Below are positions 27,915 to 43,088 of a stretch of 64,000 nucleotides of DNA, piece by piece. Location of the stretch: positions 222,394,001 through 222,458,000 of the forward strand of contig OZ024740.1 of assembly GCA_964016885.1 (NCBI GenBank), given 5' to 3'. The stretch is from Eledone cirrhosa (taxonomy: Eukaryota). Numbering within the stretch: position 1 is the stretch's first letter; the number at the start of each line of letters is the position of its first letter. Below the pieces are notes generated by a model. It searched no databases and was not told the origin of the DNA. It worked only from the letters and a program-made list of their open reading frames with translations. Made by a program: the position numbers and the translations under genes.

Positions 27915-30900
27915 AGTCAAACAGATTAAAAACCGACAGAACTATTACAATTAAAGAGGCTGATAAAGGGAGTACAGTAGTCCTAATGGAGACAGAATTT
28001 TATATCAACTTAGTGCTCTCCACTTTGGAAAACGAAACATACTACGAAAAGGCTGAACACTACAATCAACAGAAAATTATGAGAAACCTAAAAACTCTGA
28101 TCAACCAATACAAAGAAGGACTCACTAACAAAGAATTCAGCTTCCTCACAGACTTCACAAGTAAATCCAGCCTTTTCTACGTTATCCCTAAAGTACATAA
28201 AAGCGAATTAATAAGTAAGGCATGCAAGGAAGCCACAGACATAGTCATCAATGTCCCCTCACCCAATGATCTCAAATTAAGACCTATAATAACAGGCCCC
28301 GCTTGCGAAACCCACCGCCTTAGCAACTTCATTGATACCCTTCTCAAACCTTTTCTCAAACACATCAAAAGCTATATAAGGGACGACTTAGATATGCTCA
28401 ATCACCTCCTTAAAATGCCCCTTTCTGAACAAACCCTACTAGTGACGTTCGATGTAGTCAACCTATACTCCAACATCCCCCACAACCTAGGAATAGAAGC
28501 TATCCAATTATGGCTGGATAATTACCTCAATGAACTCCCACAAACCATCAAAAAAGAATTCGTGATAGAAGGACTCAAATTTATCTTGGAGAACAATTAC
28601 TTCGTTTTCAATAACAAATCCTACAGGCAGAAATCTGGGACCGCTATGGGAACGAAAACAGCCCCCACTTATGCCAACCTAGTCATGGGATACCTGGAAA
28701 TCACCAGCTACACTAAAGTACTAAACAAATTTGGAAACACTCTCCAATTACACATAGAAAAGCACTGGAAGCGATATCTAGATGACTGCTTCATCCTTTG
28801 GCACGAAAACATCGAGAAACTTAAAGAATTTCACACCCTTAGAAATGGGCTCAACACGAATATTAATTTACGATGGAATACAGCCATCAAAAACTCCCCT
28901 TCCTCGACATCCTCATTAAGATTCATAACAAAAAAATAGAAACAGACATATACTACAAGCCCACAGACTCCAAGCAATATCTTCCTTTCAATTCATGCCA
29001 CTCTTGACACATTAAAATTAATATTCCCTACAACTTAGCCAAGAGAATCTGTACTATAGTCTCCAATAAAAAGACCTGTTACTCACGGCTACAAGAACTA
29101 AAGGACACACTCATAGGCAGGGACTACCCTGCATCAGTAATTGACAATGGAATCCAACGTGCCCTAAAACTCAGTACCCAGGACCTTAGACACCCTAAAT
29201 AAATCAACCGAAACTAAACGCTCTTCCATACATCTCCACACACAACCCCCTCAACAATGAGGCCTTTGACACCATCCTCCAGAACATCCCTGTGTTAAAA
29301 AAGGACCATAGAATGAACCAAATCGTTCGAACACACGATATCATAAAGAGCAAAAGACAAATAAGTCAATGAAAAACATCCTAACACATGCCAAAGTACT
29401 GCCAACCACAACAACGAAACCCACAGTAAAAAACTGCGATAGACCCAACTGTGGCATATGCATCAACCTAATAGAGGGTTCGGAAATCTATTTCAAACAA
29501 GGACAACGTTTTATAGTAAAACACAATTTCACATGCGCATCAGAAAATCTAATATATGTATTAACTTGCTCAGGTTGTCGAGAACAATACATAGGCCAGA
29601 CTAAAATCAGCCTCCGCCAACGCATGACTGTCCATAGATCCCAAATTAAAATATGGGAATACAGAAAAATACCACTGAGTGAACACATTGATACCTGTGC
29701 CGCCCAAAATCATCCCAACTTTATAATCTTTCCCCTCTACACATTTAAAGATAATGCCACCCACACCCAGCGCATCAGCAAGGAATCTTACTTTATTGAC
29801 AAATACGGACTCCGTCTAAACACTTCTCCCTAAGACGAACCCACAACATACACACGTCAACATACATGCCTACATCAGCATACATCCTACATACATTTCT
29901 ATCCACATATAAACACAATGTCATACATAAACACACATATTCTATGGTGCAACACAAATATACACACATTTTCACACCTTTTGATGTTTATAGATATAAA
30001 CGTGCCGACACACAAACATACATATACGCACACATGCATTTCACACTGATGGGCACATACATATTTGTACACAACTATTCCTCCCATACAGCAGGGCCTA
30101 ATGGATTCCCCTTGCAGTACGTACAATCTGGATACTCACACACACCTTGGTGTTATGACAATACTATACATCATTTCACCCCTTTTATTATTAATATTTT
30201 TGATGTTCTTTTGAGAGAATCATTTTTGAAAATCACTGAAAATATCGAATAATGTATACCATTTTTACCAGTATCACAAAAATACTGGTCCATCCCGACA
30301 CACACACACACACACGCGCGCGTACACTAACATACAAACAGACATACACACACACACACACACACTTCTCCGTATAAGACAAGAGCTGAAAAATATATTT
30401 CAACATGTCAAAATATCCCCCACACACATTCCTACTGACCGAATTTATTTCCTCTACCACGAACCACTCTGCCACACACACATATATTTGTCTCAATAGA
30501 CACCTGAACTGTTGACCTTTCAACATGACTGCAATTCACACACACATCCCTACTGAACATTATTACAACAATGAACATCTTTACTACACACATATATTTG
30601 TCTTAATAAACTTATTTTTCAGTGACTTCTCAATAAGGCGAAAAAGGACACTCTTCGACAAACCTACATTTGGCGCAAAATCAATTTTTAACTTTCATAG
30701 ACCTCTACAGACCAATCAAAATAGTTTTGACTACAAGAATTTTGGCAACACGAATTGGCGCGAAATTTATAGTACTCATTCACGTTACATTCAACAACCA
30801 ACCAAATCTTAATACCTCTGGAGCCACTTTTTTAACATAAAACAGGCAGAATTTCCAAAACTGATCAAATTAGTGCAAACATCACGAGCGCTCTATCTCA

Positions 30901-31095
30901 AAATTATTTTTGAAAAGCATTAGGAATGCGCAACCGGTAAAAACTTAAAACTAAAACTGAATACTTACCAATACTTATTACTAATTTATACTTATTCGTA
31001 ATTAAACTATTTTTCACTGGGAAAAATTTGTTAGCATTTTCTTTTCCTTTTACTAATATATCACAACTCGTGTGTTACATCTCTATTTTTTGAAA
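27915..31095 (+). mobile_element. Penelope-like element, Neptune-like, 5'-truncated
   Basis: RT and GIY-YIG ORF remnants plus a 3' UTR of about 1.25 kb ending in (TA)n. Confidence 0.9.
27927..29833 (+). pseudogene. PLE reverse transcriptase and GIY-YIG endonuclease, frameshifted
   Basis: IKEADKG, PKVHK, LRPII, FDVVNLYSNIP, GTAMGT..AP.YANL, RYLDDCF, LPFLD; CDRPNCGIC..FTCASENLIYVLTCSGCREQYIGQT. Confidence 0.92.
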
Positions 31096-31111
31096 TATAT
31101 ATATATATATA

Positions 31112-31267
31112 TTAGCAAAGGCCTATGAAATTGATATGTCCCATTGCAGGCTCTGTAATATGGAGCTTGTCCAAATTCTTAATTTCAACAAAACCTTTCT
31201 TAACGAACTAACTATTTACTGCCGGCATAAATCAGCAACAAAATTCGTGAACTTTAGACCGACTTAA
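31112..31267 (+). pseudogene. C-terminal end of a Naiad-like PLE endonuclease (not in the ORF track)
   Basis: Translates LAKAYEIDMSHCRLCNMELVQILNFNKTFLNELTIYCRHKSATKFVNFRPT*, which aligns with ECRLCSQEL..LLNKRQELIISCNHK in ORF 34883-35674. Confidence 0.8.
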
Positions 31268-32159
31268 TTCCATTTTCTCTTCCTTATCCCTTTTATACCA
31301 TTAGAATCTATTACAATATCACATTATCAGCAGCATCGTCACCATTATAATTACCAAAGAAGAACATCAGAACATCTTGTATTGACATTCTTATTTTATA
31401 CACCTGCTCTTAATACGCAACACACCATGATAGTCTAGAGATCGATTCTGACAGAGCCTTTCTAATTTGGCCAACATCTTCCAAATCTTTCTAACTTTGA
31501 GATTGGTTATAACACACACATTTTATTTGAATATCTTGCTTTATTCTTTTATCATCTTATTCCTTCTACCATTTTATCATTTTTTTTTGTTTACTTATTT
31601 GCTTATATATTATATTATTTATTTTATCTTATTTTATTTCATTTTACTCTACTTTTTAGTCTTTTACCCTTTCATTTCATTCTATTGTTTTCTTCATTTT
31701 TTATTTTTCATTCTTTATTTATTTTTTATTTTCTACACTTTATTGCCTTTTATTTCTTCATATGTTTGGCACAAGCCCCCCCCCCCTCCACCACCACCAG
31801 AAATGGTGGCAGGGTAGATGCCAACACACACACAGAGATCCTTCTAAAATCAACAGCAGCAGGACTTAAGTCTGACCCCAGCACCAACACCACTACTAAC
31901 ATAAGGGTAGAGGTCAGATGTACTTAACAATAACAAAAACAACCACTACAGATTGCCTCGCCTCAGAACGAACTTCTATTGACTGAGGAATGTTCTCACA
32001 ACTGACCAATGGGAGGAGAGGATGTCCTTTGACGCTGAAATTCGTTTGTTTAAATTCATATGATTCCAGTTCCTCATAGAAACGACATCGCAACCAGGAA
32101 CTGGGCATATCAGAGTATTGACAAAGTTAAACACCTCAACAAAGTGAACACTAATTCGG

Positions 32160-32214
32160 ACTGCCTGAAGAGGTCACAGCCAAAGATGGCTGTCACTGAA
32201 ATATATATAGCAGT
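32160..32214 (+). ncRNA. Type I hammerhead ribozyme
   Basis: actgc CTGAAGA ggtcacagccaaagatggctgtcact GAAA tatata TA gcagt AATAAA. Confidence 0.88.
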
Positions 32215-32364
32215 AATAAACGAAGCCAAATTTTAAATATTTGACTTATTTATTTTAGTTTATTTTGCATTACTCCGGAGTAACCAAACCAACCTGCGCA
32301 CTTTGTCGAGTGCTCCAATCTGCATACTCAGGTGTCGGTAAACAACCAACATATACTCAAAATG

Positions 32365-32911
32365 TATACTATATATATCTACATATATATATATGTATAT
32401 ACTATATATATACATATATATACTATATATATATATATATATATACTCTATATATATATATTATATATATACATATATATACTATATATATACTATATAT
32501 ACTATATATATATATATATATATACTATATATACTATATATATATATATATATATATACTCTATATATATATATTATATATATACATATATATACTATAT
32601 ATATACTATATATATACATATATATATACTATATATATATATACTATATATATATATATACTATATATATATATATACTATATATATATATACTATATAT
32701 ATATATACTATATATATATATACACTATATATATACACTATATATATATATACTATATATATATATACACTATATATATATATACTATATATATATATAC
32801 TATATATATATATATACTATATATATACTATATATATATACTATATATATACTATATATATATATACTATATATATATATATACTATAAATATATATACT
32901 ATATATATATA

Positions 32912-32947
<36 letters not shown>

Positions 32948-33404
32948 TATATATATATATATACTATATATATACTATATATATATACTATATATATATA
33001 CTATATATATATATATAATATATATATATATATATACTATATATATACTATATATATACTATATATATATATATACTATATATATACTATATATATATAT
33101 ACTATATATATATATATATACTATATATATATATATATACTATATATATATATATACTATATATATATATACTATATATATATATATATACTATATATAT
33201 ATATATATACTATATATATATATATACTATAACAATTAAGTTATTTGTTTTTATATATACTATATATATATATATACTATAACAATTAAGTTATTTGTTT
33301 TTATATATACTATATATATATATATATACTATATATATATATATATACTATATATATATATATACTATATATATATATACTATATATATATATACTATAT
33401 ATAT
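32365..33404. repeat. (TA)n tract with TACTA interruptions
   Basis: Microsatellite with a 50-bp local duplication at about 33225-33310. Confidence 0.95.
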
Positions 33405-33723
33405 GTAGATAAATCTACCAAAATGTACGGTAGTGTCCAATCCGTATGAAGAACTCAATGTATTCCGAATATCATGAAAAGAGAAGATGTATTCAAAAAA
33501 ATTTTTTCGATGAAAAATACAGTAAAACAGAGTCAAGATAAGTTAATAAAAATAATGAATAAACAAAGAAACAGTTCCTTATATTAAAAAATTCATCATT
33601 TTACAATCGTTTCTAGGATATATATGTTAGTGTTGGTATGCATATCATATAGATCTATGTAAAATTTTTACAAACTATCAGAAGGAATATACATACCTAC
33701 ACATATATATGCTGTCTTCAGAA

Positions 33724-33923
33724 ATAATTGTTTCTACTTTAGGCACAAGGCCAGCAAATACCCAGTGCATTACTGGTACTTTATTTTTCGACCCCGTAAG
33801 GATGAAAGGCAAAGTTAACCTCGGCGGGATTTGAACTCAGATCGTAAAGGGACGTAACTATGCTGGAAAGCATGGCGTCCGACCCTCTACCGATACTGCC
33901 AATCCACCGCCTTCAGAAATAAT
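33724..33923 (-). mobile_element. SINE family A inserted in the PLE tail, 13-bp target-site duplication
   Basis: CTTCAGAAATAAT occurs at about 33716 and at 33911. The empty site is visible in the inverted pLTR at about 38020-38050. Confidence 0.9.
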
Positions 33924-34882
33924 GATATTTGTTTATTGAAAAAAACCAACAAAGATTTAATACAATAGGTCTGTTTGGGAACAGGTTTTGAATTGACCAA
34001 TAGAAAGATAGTGAAGGTCAAGATGGTAAAATAGTAGTAATAAAGCCTTAATTTAGGGGTAGAGGAAGGTACATTTTAGTTTTGGATGGAAAGAATATTA
34101 TGAATGAAAGATTATTTTAGGGATGAAAATAGGTCATATGCTGTCTTCAGAAATAATTATATTTGTTCATTGAATAAAACCAACAAAGATTTAATATAAT
34201 AGGTCTATTTGGGAACAGGTTTTGAATTGACCAGTAGAAAGGTAATAACTGGCCAAATGGTATAATAATAGTAATGGAACTTTAATTTAGGGGTAGAAGA
34301 AGGCAGATTTCAGTTTTGAATGGAAGGAGTATGATGAATGAAAAGGTTATTTTAGGGGTGAAAATAGGTAAGGTCGGTAAAAGGTACACGAAAAATTGCT
34401 GTTATAAAAGAATAATGCTATTGTAAATATCTAATGAGACTAAAATTTTACGATAAACGTGTTAGTGAAAAAAATATATGGAATTTACATCTATGAAAAG
34501 AAAATAAATTAATTAAATTGATAGGTATACCTATTTTAATAAAATTATATTAATGCATATAGATATGATAAATAAGAGTTAGATGTAATTGAAGAGTGCT
34601 GTTAAAAACGAGGGGAAATAAAAAAAATATATAATTATTGGGGTGGGGTGGGGTGGGGGGGTAAAATTATTAGTGAGAAATAACAAATATATAGAGATTA
34701 CAAGGAACATAGAATCATAACCTGAAATTAAAACAGTATATATGTATACTTAATGGTATCAATTTTAGGAAAAGATAGTTGTAAAAGGGAAATAAAATTA
34801 TGTAGTTCATCAGTAGTAGAATATTAATTATAGGTTAACTAAATTAAAAACAATGTTATTATAGTAATTTCTAAAGTGTATA

Positions 34883-37357
34883 TTAATTAGGTTTATAATA
34901 TTTAAAGGTTTTTCTCAGTTTATGATTACACGATATTATTAATTCCTGTCGCTTATTTAATAGGATATCCTTAGATTTCATTATTTCGAAAAGTTCTTGG
35001 GAACACAATCTACATTCATATCTATTATTTTGATAAAGGGTGGCCCTTTTGAGCGCACTCCAGGTCAGGTCATAATCTATATTCCTCTTTCTATAATTAT
35101 TAATTATTTCAGCTAAAGATGTTGTATTAGCTAATGCGGCATTTTGAAAACTGTGTTTGTGGGTATTAAATCTTACTTTAAATTGGTTAGAGGTAGCCCC
35201 TATATATGAATAAATTGAGTCCTTAGTGTTAACTTTATATTTATATACTATGTTATTAACAAGGCAATTTCCTTTTAATGGGCAATTTGCTTTGTTTCTA
35301 CAGTTACAACTTTTCGTGAATCCTGTATCAGAGGAGATATTATGGTTAGTTTGATGTATTGGTGGTATACTCATGTTTTTTTTACATTTATATGCATTAT
35401 AGGCACTTATATTTTGTTTTATGTTTTTGGTTGTTGAGTAGGAGAATTTAACCGTTGATCTATTTAAAATTTGATGGTATTTGTGGTTTGGCGGGAAGTT
35501 CTTTTCTAGGATATTAAAATTTTTTTTTAGGTATATTATCTTTAATTTGTAAATTAAATGGAGCATTATACCAAGTAACTCGTCTTTTACGGTTTCGATG
35601 TTGTTTATTATTTTTATAGGATGTATCCTGATGTTTATTAAGAGAATTATTGTTAATGACTTCACCACACACATTTTTAGTTAGATTCATTGATTTAGGT
35701 GTTTTAGCTTGTTTATTGGGAGTTTTATTATTAACATTTATTAGAGTTGTAGGATGAATAGTTTTTTGAGAGTTACTATATTGTATATTAGAAGGGTTAG
35801 AGAAATTTAGTTTTATGTTGGTATTTTTGGGTATAGTGTGAGTGGCATTTAGGTGTGTATGTTTCATTTGGTGTTTGTTGGTAATATTAGGTTGTATGTT
35901 TGCAGTGTTATTGGTACAAGGTATATATACTAATTTATTTTTGTGGCCACTTCTAGCTAAAGCTTCGTTATAAAAGGTCGCATTTTTATCAAATACATCC
36001 TGGTTAGACGAAAGGTTAGAAATTCTGAGTGACATATTATATGCTAGGTTTTTAAGGATAGATTTAGAGTGATTAGATTGTGAGTGTATGTAATGTAAGT
36101 TTTGGTTAGGTTTATGGTAAGGTTGGTAGATACCCGTAGATAAGTCTAATGTTATATCAAGGAAATTAACTACTTTACTTGTGTTTTCAAATGTAATATT
36201 TAGACTATAGTAGTCTTTGAGGAAAGTTCTAATCATTTTTTTAATTTTTTCAATCTCTGAAAGGCTAAGGTTATTGGAAAGAAGAAGACAGTCGTCACGA
36301 TATAAACCACCTTTAAGGTGGGGAAAGGAAGCATTTATGTTAAAAAGAAGAAAGAGGCCCACAAGATCAATAATTTGGGCAGAATCACTTGAGCCCATAG
36401 TAATGTCGAATAGATTACTATATGTGTTTCTGGTCCAGTATTCATTTTGAAATTCCAGTAGTGTTTGTCTAGCATGTGTAATAATATTAATGTCATCCAA
36501 AGTTAAGTTAGATCTATTTTTGGCAAATATCAAGGCTTTGTTCAGGAGTATAGGTGATATAGAGGAATAATAATTATCTATATCAAATTGTAGAAATGAA
36601 GCAGAAGATTTATTTCTAATATTATTAAACCAGTTAATTACCTGGGATGTGTTTTCCCAGAGTGGTAAATTAACATGTTTTCTTAGTTGTGGGATGACTC
36701 TATCTAAACATTTTTTACTAATGATTCCAATATCAGATTTGGAAGGGCATAGAAGCCTTATAGAAGGATTAGAGTTAAAGTTAGATTTGTGATCTTTTAG
36801 GTTGAAATGTGGTCTTTTCAGTGTCAAAGGTTCAGTTCTATCTAAATATTAAGTCTATTTACTATGTTGTGTGTTTTGTTGTTGATGTTGGTAAGTGACG
36901 CATTGTTTGTTTTTTTATAATTTTTCCTGAGTTCTTTATATGTGAACTCATTGTAATTATCAATATCCATGTGATACAGATTTCCAGTTTTGTCAGAGTG
37001 GACATGGATTTTGCTAGATTTTTTTAGATCCAATAGGGTAGAATCAAGATCCTTTTGAAAATTAGATTTATACTTCTTAAATTTGAGGTGTTTAATTAAG
37101 TTAAAAATGTCTTTCTCAAAGTTTTCAAGTAAGGAGTTGTGTGTTGGATTTTTATATGTAGTGAAATCATATAAATATTTCTTATCAGTACATTTTGTTT
37201 TTTTATCGAAGTGGTAGGCCCTCCATCTGACCCTTTTGATAAATTGGTTGGTTTTTTGTATCATAAGAAGTAAGAAATCATCCTTAGAAGGTAATGGTAT
37301 ATTCTTTAAAGAAGTTCCCAAGTATTGATTTTCCATTGTCATATGGATAATGGACAA
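34883..37357 (-). pseudogene. Naiad-like PLE RT and GIY-YIG ORF with two frameshifts
   Basis: [100 protein letters not shown]. Confidence 0.92.
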
Positions 37358-37395
37358 GAAAAAGAGCTCAACTATATATATGGAGTTATAAAGTT

Positions 37396-37502
<107 letters not shown>

Positions 37503-38400
37503 CACTTACATATATATACAAAAATAAGAATATCCTTATAAAATTAGGAGCAAAGTATGTAGATAAGTCTACCAAAATGTATGGTAGTGTCCAATCCGTA
37601 TGAAGAACTTAATGTAATCCGAATATCATGAAAAGAGAAGATGTATTCAAAAAACTTTTTTCGATGAAAAATACAGGAAAACAGAGTCAAGATAAATGGC
37701 CAGTTATTACCTTTCTCCTGGTCAATTCAAAACCTGTTCCCAAACAGACCTATTATATTAAATCTTTGTTGGTTTTATTCAATGAACAAATATAATTATT
37801 TCTGAAGACAGCATATGACCTATTTTCATCCCTAAAATAATCTTTCATTCATAATATTCTTTCCATCCAAAACTGAAATCTACCTTCCTCTACCCCTAAA
37901 TTAAGGTTCTTTTACTACTATTTTACCATCTTGACCTTCACTATCTTTCTATTGGTCAATTCAAAACCTGTTTCCAAACAGACCTATTGTATTAAATCTT
38001 TGTTGGTTTTTTTCAATAAACAAATATCATTATTTCTGAAGACAGCATATATATGTGTAGGTATGTATATTCCTTCTGATAGTTTGTAAAAATTTTACAT
38101 AGATCTATATGATATGCATACCAACATTAACATATATATCCTAGAAACGATCGTAAAATGATGAATTTTTTAATATAAGGAACTGTTTCTTTGTTTATTC
38201 ATTATTTTTATTAATTTATATACTATATATATATACTATATATATATATACTATATATATATATACTATATATATATATATATATACTATATATATATAT
38301 ATATTATATATATATATTTTTATATCGATGCTGACGATATATATATATATATATATACTATATATATATATATTATATATATATATTTTTATATCGATAA

Positions 38401-39398
38401 TGACGATCTGGCTCTTATGGCAGAATCAGTAGAGGAGCTAGAGAATAAATTCCGGCTATGGAAACAGCAGTTGGAAGCAAGAGGACTGAGAGTAAATCTA
38501 GCTAAGACAAAAGTGTTGATGAGTAGAAAAGAGGACAAAACCCTGATTCCGTCAGGGAAATGGCCATGCTCGATATGCAGAAACGGAACTGGCATAAATT
38601 CTATAAAATGCACACAATGCAGATCCTGGGTACACAAGAGATGTAGCGGGATAGCAGGCAAACTAACAGGCAGGGAGAAATATGTATGCAGTAGATGTAC
38701 AGGGAAATTAGATAGTAGAAGTAGCATTGATAGACACATTTTTCAGATGCAGGAGGGAGCTATATAAGTGGTGGATATCTTCCGGTATCTAGATCAGATT
38801 AGCATGGGAGGAGGGTGATCCGAGGCCATAGTATCTAGAATAAAGATAAGTTGGAAGAAGTTTAGGGAGCTGTTTCCTCTGTTGACGAAGAAGAGTTTCT
38901 CCCTGCGTACGAAAGGCCGGTTGTATGATGCCTGTGTGAGGAGCGCGATGCTGCATGGTAGTGAGACATGGGCAGCAACTGCAGAGGATATGCGACGGCT
39001 GGAGAGAAATGAGGCAAGCATGCTCCGTTGGATGTGTAGTGTCAATGTGCGTGAACGACCCAGAATAAATTTGTTGAGAGAGAAACTGTGTCTGAGAGGG
39101 ATAGAATGTAGTGTACGGGAGAGGAGACTGAGGAGGTATGGACATGTGATGCGCATGGAGGATGACCGATGGGTGAAGAAGTGCCAGGAATTGCCAGTTG
39201 AAGGAAGACGTGGTAGAGGTAGACCACGAAAAACATGGGCGGAGGTGGTGAGAACAGACCTCAGATCATTGAAGCTCACGGTGGAGATGACGAGGGACCG
39301 TGACGAGTGGAGAGATGCTGTGCTGAATAAGACCCGTCCAACCCTTGCAAGCAGGGAAAAGCGGACGTAAAATGATAATGATGATGATGATGATGATA
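38401..39398 (+). mobile_element. RTE-clade LINE family B, 3' fragment (PHD in RT; ORF runs into the tail)
   Basis: DDLAL..KTKV..WPCSIC..CTQC.SWVHKRC..CSRC; HGSETW; GRPRKTW; ends KTRPTLASREKRT* then (GAT)n. Confidence 0.9.
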
Positions 39399-39420
39399 TA
39401 TATAATATATATATATATAT

Positions 39421-39956
39421 TCTAAGGCAGGTAAAATTCCCGAGATCCATGGACGAGTTCTCTCCAGCGGTCTCTGTCCCTCATTATCGCTGCCATGTCC
39501 TGCGTCTCCAACAGACCAGTGTCTGTCCTTAGGGCATCAACATACGTTAACCTTAGTCTTTCTCTTCTAGTGTGTCCATGTAGGGGCTCCCAAAGGAGCA
39601 CTGAGTGCAATGTCAACTCTGGATGTCGGTGAGCATGTCCAGCCAACCTCAATCTCCTCTGTATCACTTTTGAGCTGACTTTTGAGCTGACTTTTGGGAG
39701 CAAAGATTGGGACTGCGGAAGATGATGTAATTGAGAGGAAGAGCAAGGCCTGGGCGGCGTGTCACAGCTTGAAATCGGTGTGGAAGTCGGACCTTCGTAA
39801 AGACCTGAAAATCCGCTCTTCAATGCTGTAGTGGAGTCTGTGATGCTGTAAGGGTCTGAGACTTGGACACTGTCCAAGAAACTCACTCAGATGGTGGATG
39901 GGTGCTACACGAGCATAATGAGGATGGCTCTGAACATTAATCAGTATACACTGAGA
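39421..39956 (-). mobile_element. RTE family C 3' fragment with a 5' inversion (twin priming)
   Basis: 39421-39700 is the reverse complement of about 55387-55650. 39693-39956 is the forward sequence of about 55098-55358. Confidence 0.88.
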
Positions 39957-39968
39957 ATATATATATAC

Positions 39969-40006
<38 letters not shown>

Positions 40007-40101
40007 ACTATATATATATACTATACATACATACTATATATATATACTATATATATTATATATACTATATATATATATACTATATATTTATATACTATAT
40101 A

Positions 40102-40139
<38 letters not shown>

Positions 40140-40496
40140 TATATATATACTATATATACTATATATATATATATACTATATACATACAATATATATATAC
40201 TATATATATATATACTTTATATATATATACTATATATATATACTATATATATATACTATATATATACTATATATATATACTATATATATACTATATATAT
40301 ACTATATATATACTATATATATATACTATGTATATAGTATATATATATATACTATGTATATAGTATATATATACACTATATATATAAATATACTATATAT
40401 ATACTATATATATATATACTATATATATATATACTATATATATATATACTATATATATATACATATATATATACTATATATATATACATATATATA

Positions 40497-40530
<34 letters not shown>

Positions 40531-41224
40531 TATATATATAGATACTATATATATATACATATATATATATACATATATATATACTATATATATATACTTA
40601 TATATATATACATATATATATATACTATATATATATACATATATATATATACTATATATATATACATATATATATACTATATATATATATAAATATATAT
40701 ATAAATATATATACTATATATATATATATATACTATATATATATATATATACTATATATATATATATATATACTATATATATATATATATACTATATATA
40801 TATATACTATATATATATATATATATACTATATATATATATATATACTATATATATATATATATTTTATATATATATACTATATATATATACACTATATA
40901 TAGATATACTATATATATATATATACTATATATATATACTATATATATATACTATATTTATACTATATATATACTATATATATACACTATATATATACTA
41001 TATATATATATATACTATATATATATACTATATATTTATATACTATATATATATATACTATATATACTATATATATATATATACTATATATATATATATA
41101 TATATACTATATATATACTATATATATATACTATATATATATATATATATGCTATATATATATACTATATATATAGACATATATATATATACTATATATA
41201 TATATATATACACATACTATATAA

Positions 41225-41252
<28 letters not shown>

Positions 41253-41255
<3 letters not shown>

Positions 41256-41446
41256 GGAACCAGTAAGACCCCGACAGCTGAGCTCAAGCCGTTTCAACGG
41301 CTAATTCAGTCCAGAATTAGCCGTTGAAACGGCTTGAGCTCAGCTGTCGGGGTCTTACTGGTTCCTATTACCCACTCTACTACCTCAAGTATTGAGTACT
41401 TTGGTGCGTTATGGTCCACCTGGTTCCTTACCACATTTCCTTCGTT
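41253..41446 (+). repeat. Island with a perfect hairpin of about 54-bp arms; duplicated at 44864-45057
   Basis: taggaaccag...ggctaattc agtcca gaattagcc...ctggttccta. Confidence 0.9.
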
Positions 41447-41463
41447 ATATATATATATATATA

Positions 41464-41552
<89 letters not shown>

Positions 41553-41558
41553 TATATA

Positions 41559-41632
<74 letters not shown>

Positions 41633-41695
41633 TATATATATATATATACTATATATATATATACTATATATATATACTATATATATATATATATA

Positions 41696-41734
<39 letters not shown>

Positions 41735-41811
41735 TATAGATATATACTATATATATATATATATATACTATATATATATATATATATACTATATATATAT
41801 ATATATATATA

Positions 41812-41856
<45 letters not shown>

Positions 41857-41887
41857 CTATATATATATACTATATATACATACTATA

Positions 41888-42212
41888 TGAACATTAATCA
41901 GTATAAAATGAGGATGAAAAACTCAGAGCTGTATGGGAGCATCCCAAAAGTCAGCTCAAAAGTGACACAGAGGAGACTGAGGTTGGCTGGACATGCTCAC
42001 CGACATCCAGCGTTGACATTGCACTCAGTGCTCCTTTGGGAGCCCCTACATGGACACACTAGAAGAGGAAGACCAAGGTTAACATATGTTGATGCCCTAA
42101 GGACAGACACTGGTCTGTTGGAGATGCAGGATATGGCAGCGATAATGAGGGACAGAGACCGCTGGAGAGAACTCGTCCATGGATCTCGGGAAGTTTACCC
42201 GCCTTAGATAGA
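41888..42212 (+). mobile_element. RTE family C 3' fragment
   Basis: NINQY..RRLRLAGHAHRHP..LLWEP..RGRPRLTYVD. Confidence 0.9.
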
Positions 42213-42257
42213 TACATACTATATATATATACTATATATATATATTATTTATACTAT

Positions 42258-42300
<43 letters not shown>

Positions 42301-42785
42301 TATATATACTATATATATATATACTATATATATACTATATATATATACAATATATATATACTATATATATATATACTTTATATATATATACTATATATAT
42401 ATACTATATATGTATACTATATATATATACTATATATATATACTATATATATATACTATATATGTATACTATATATATATACTATATATATACTATATAT
42501 ATATACTATATATATATACTATATATATACTATATAGATATACTATATATATACTATATATATATACTATATATATAATATATATATATACTATATATAT
42601 ATACTATATATATACTATATATATAGTATATATATATACTATATATATATACTATATATATAGTATATATATATACTATATATATAAATATACTATATAT
42701 ATACTATATATATATACTATATATATATTTATACTATATATATATACATATATATATACTATATATACATATATATATATATATA

Positions 42786-42819
<34 letters not shown>

Positions 42820-43057
42820 TATATATATATATATACTATATATATATACATATATATATATACATATATATACTATATATATATATATACTATATATATA
42901 CTATATATATATATACTTATATATATATACATATATATATACTATATATATATACATATATATATACTATATATATATACATATATATATATACTATATA
43001 TATATATATATATAAATATATATACATATATATATATACTATATATATATATACTGT

Positions 43058-43088
<31 letters not shown>

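Larger units (their letters stand above)
31112..32365 (+). mobile_element. 5'-truncated Naiad-like PLE with a hammerhead-containing 3' UTR/pLTR
   Basis: ORF end, then about 1.1 kb of UTR, a hammerhead, AATAAA and (TA)n. Confidence 0.75.

Noticed and set aside
29834-31095. Hammerhead in the Neptune-like 3' UTR
   Set aside because: Only partial words (CTGATGG, CTGATCA) are present, without a full core.
33715-34815. CTGAAGA/CTGATGA words in the Naiad tail as hammerheads
   Set aside because: I could not build a properly placed stem II, GAAA and NUH site.
34883-37357. Selenocysteine-encoding Naiad
   Set aside because: The ORF breaks are frameshifts, not in-frame TGA codons, and the conserved Cys positions are ordinary Cys.
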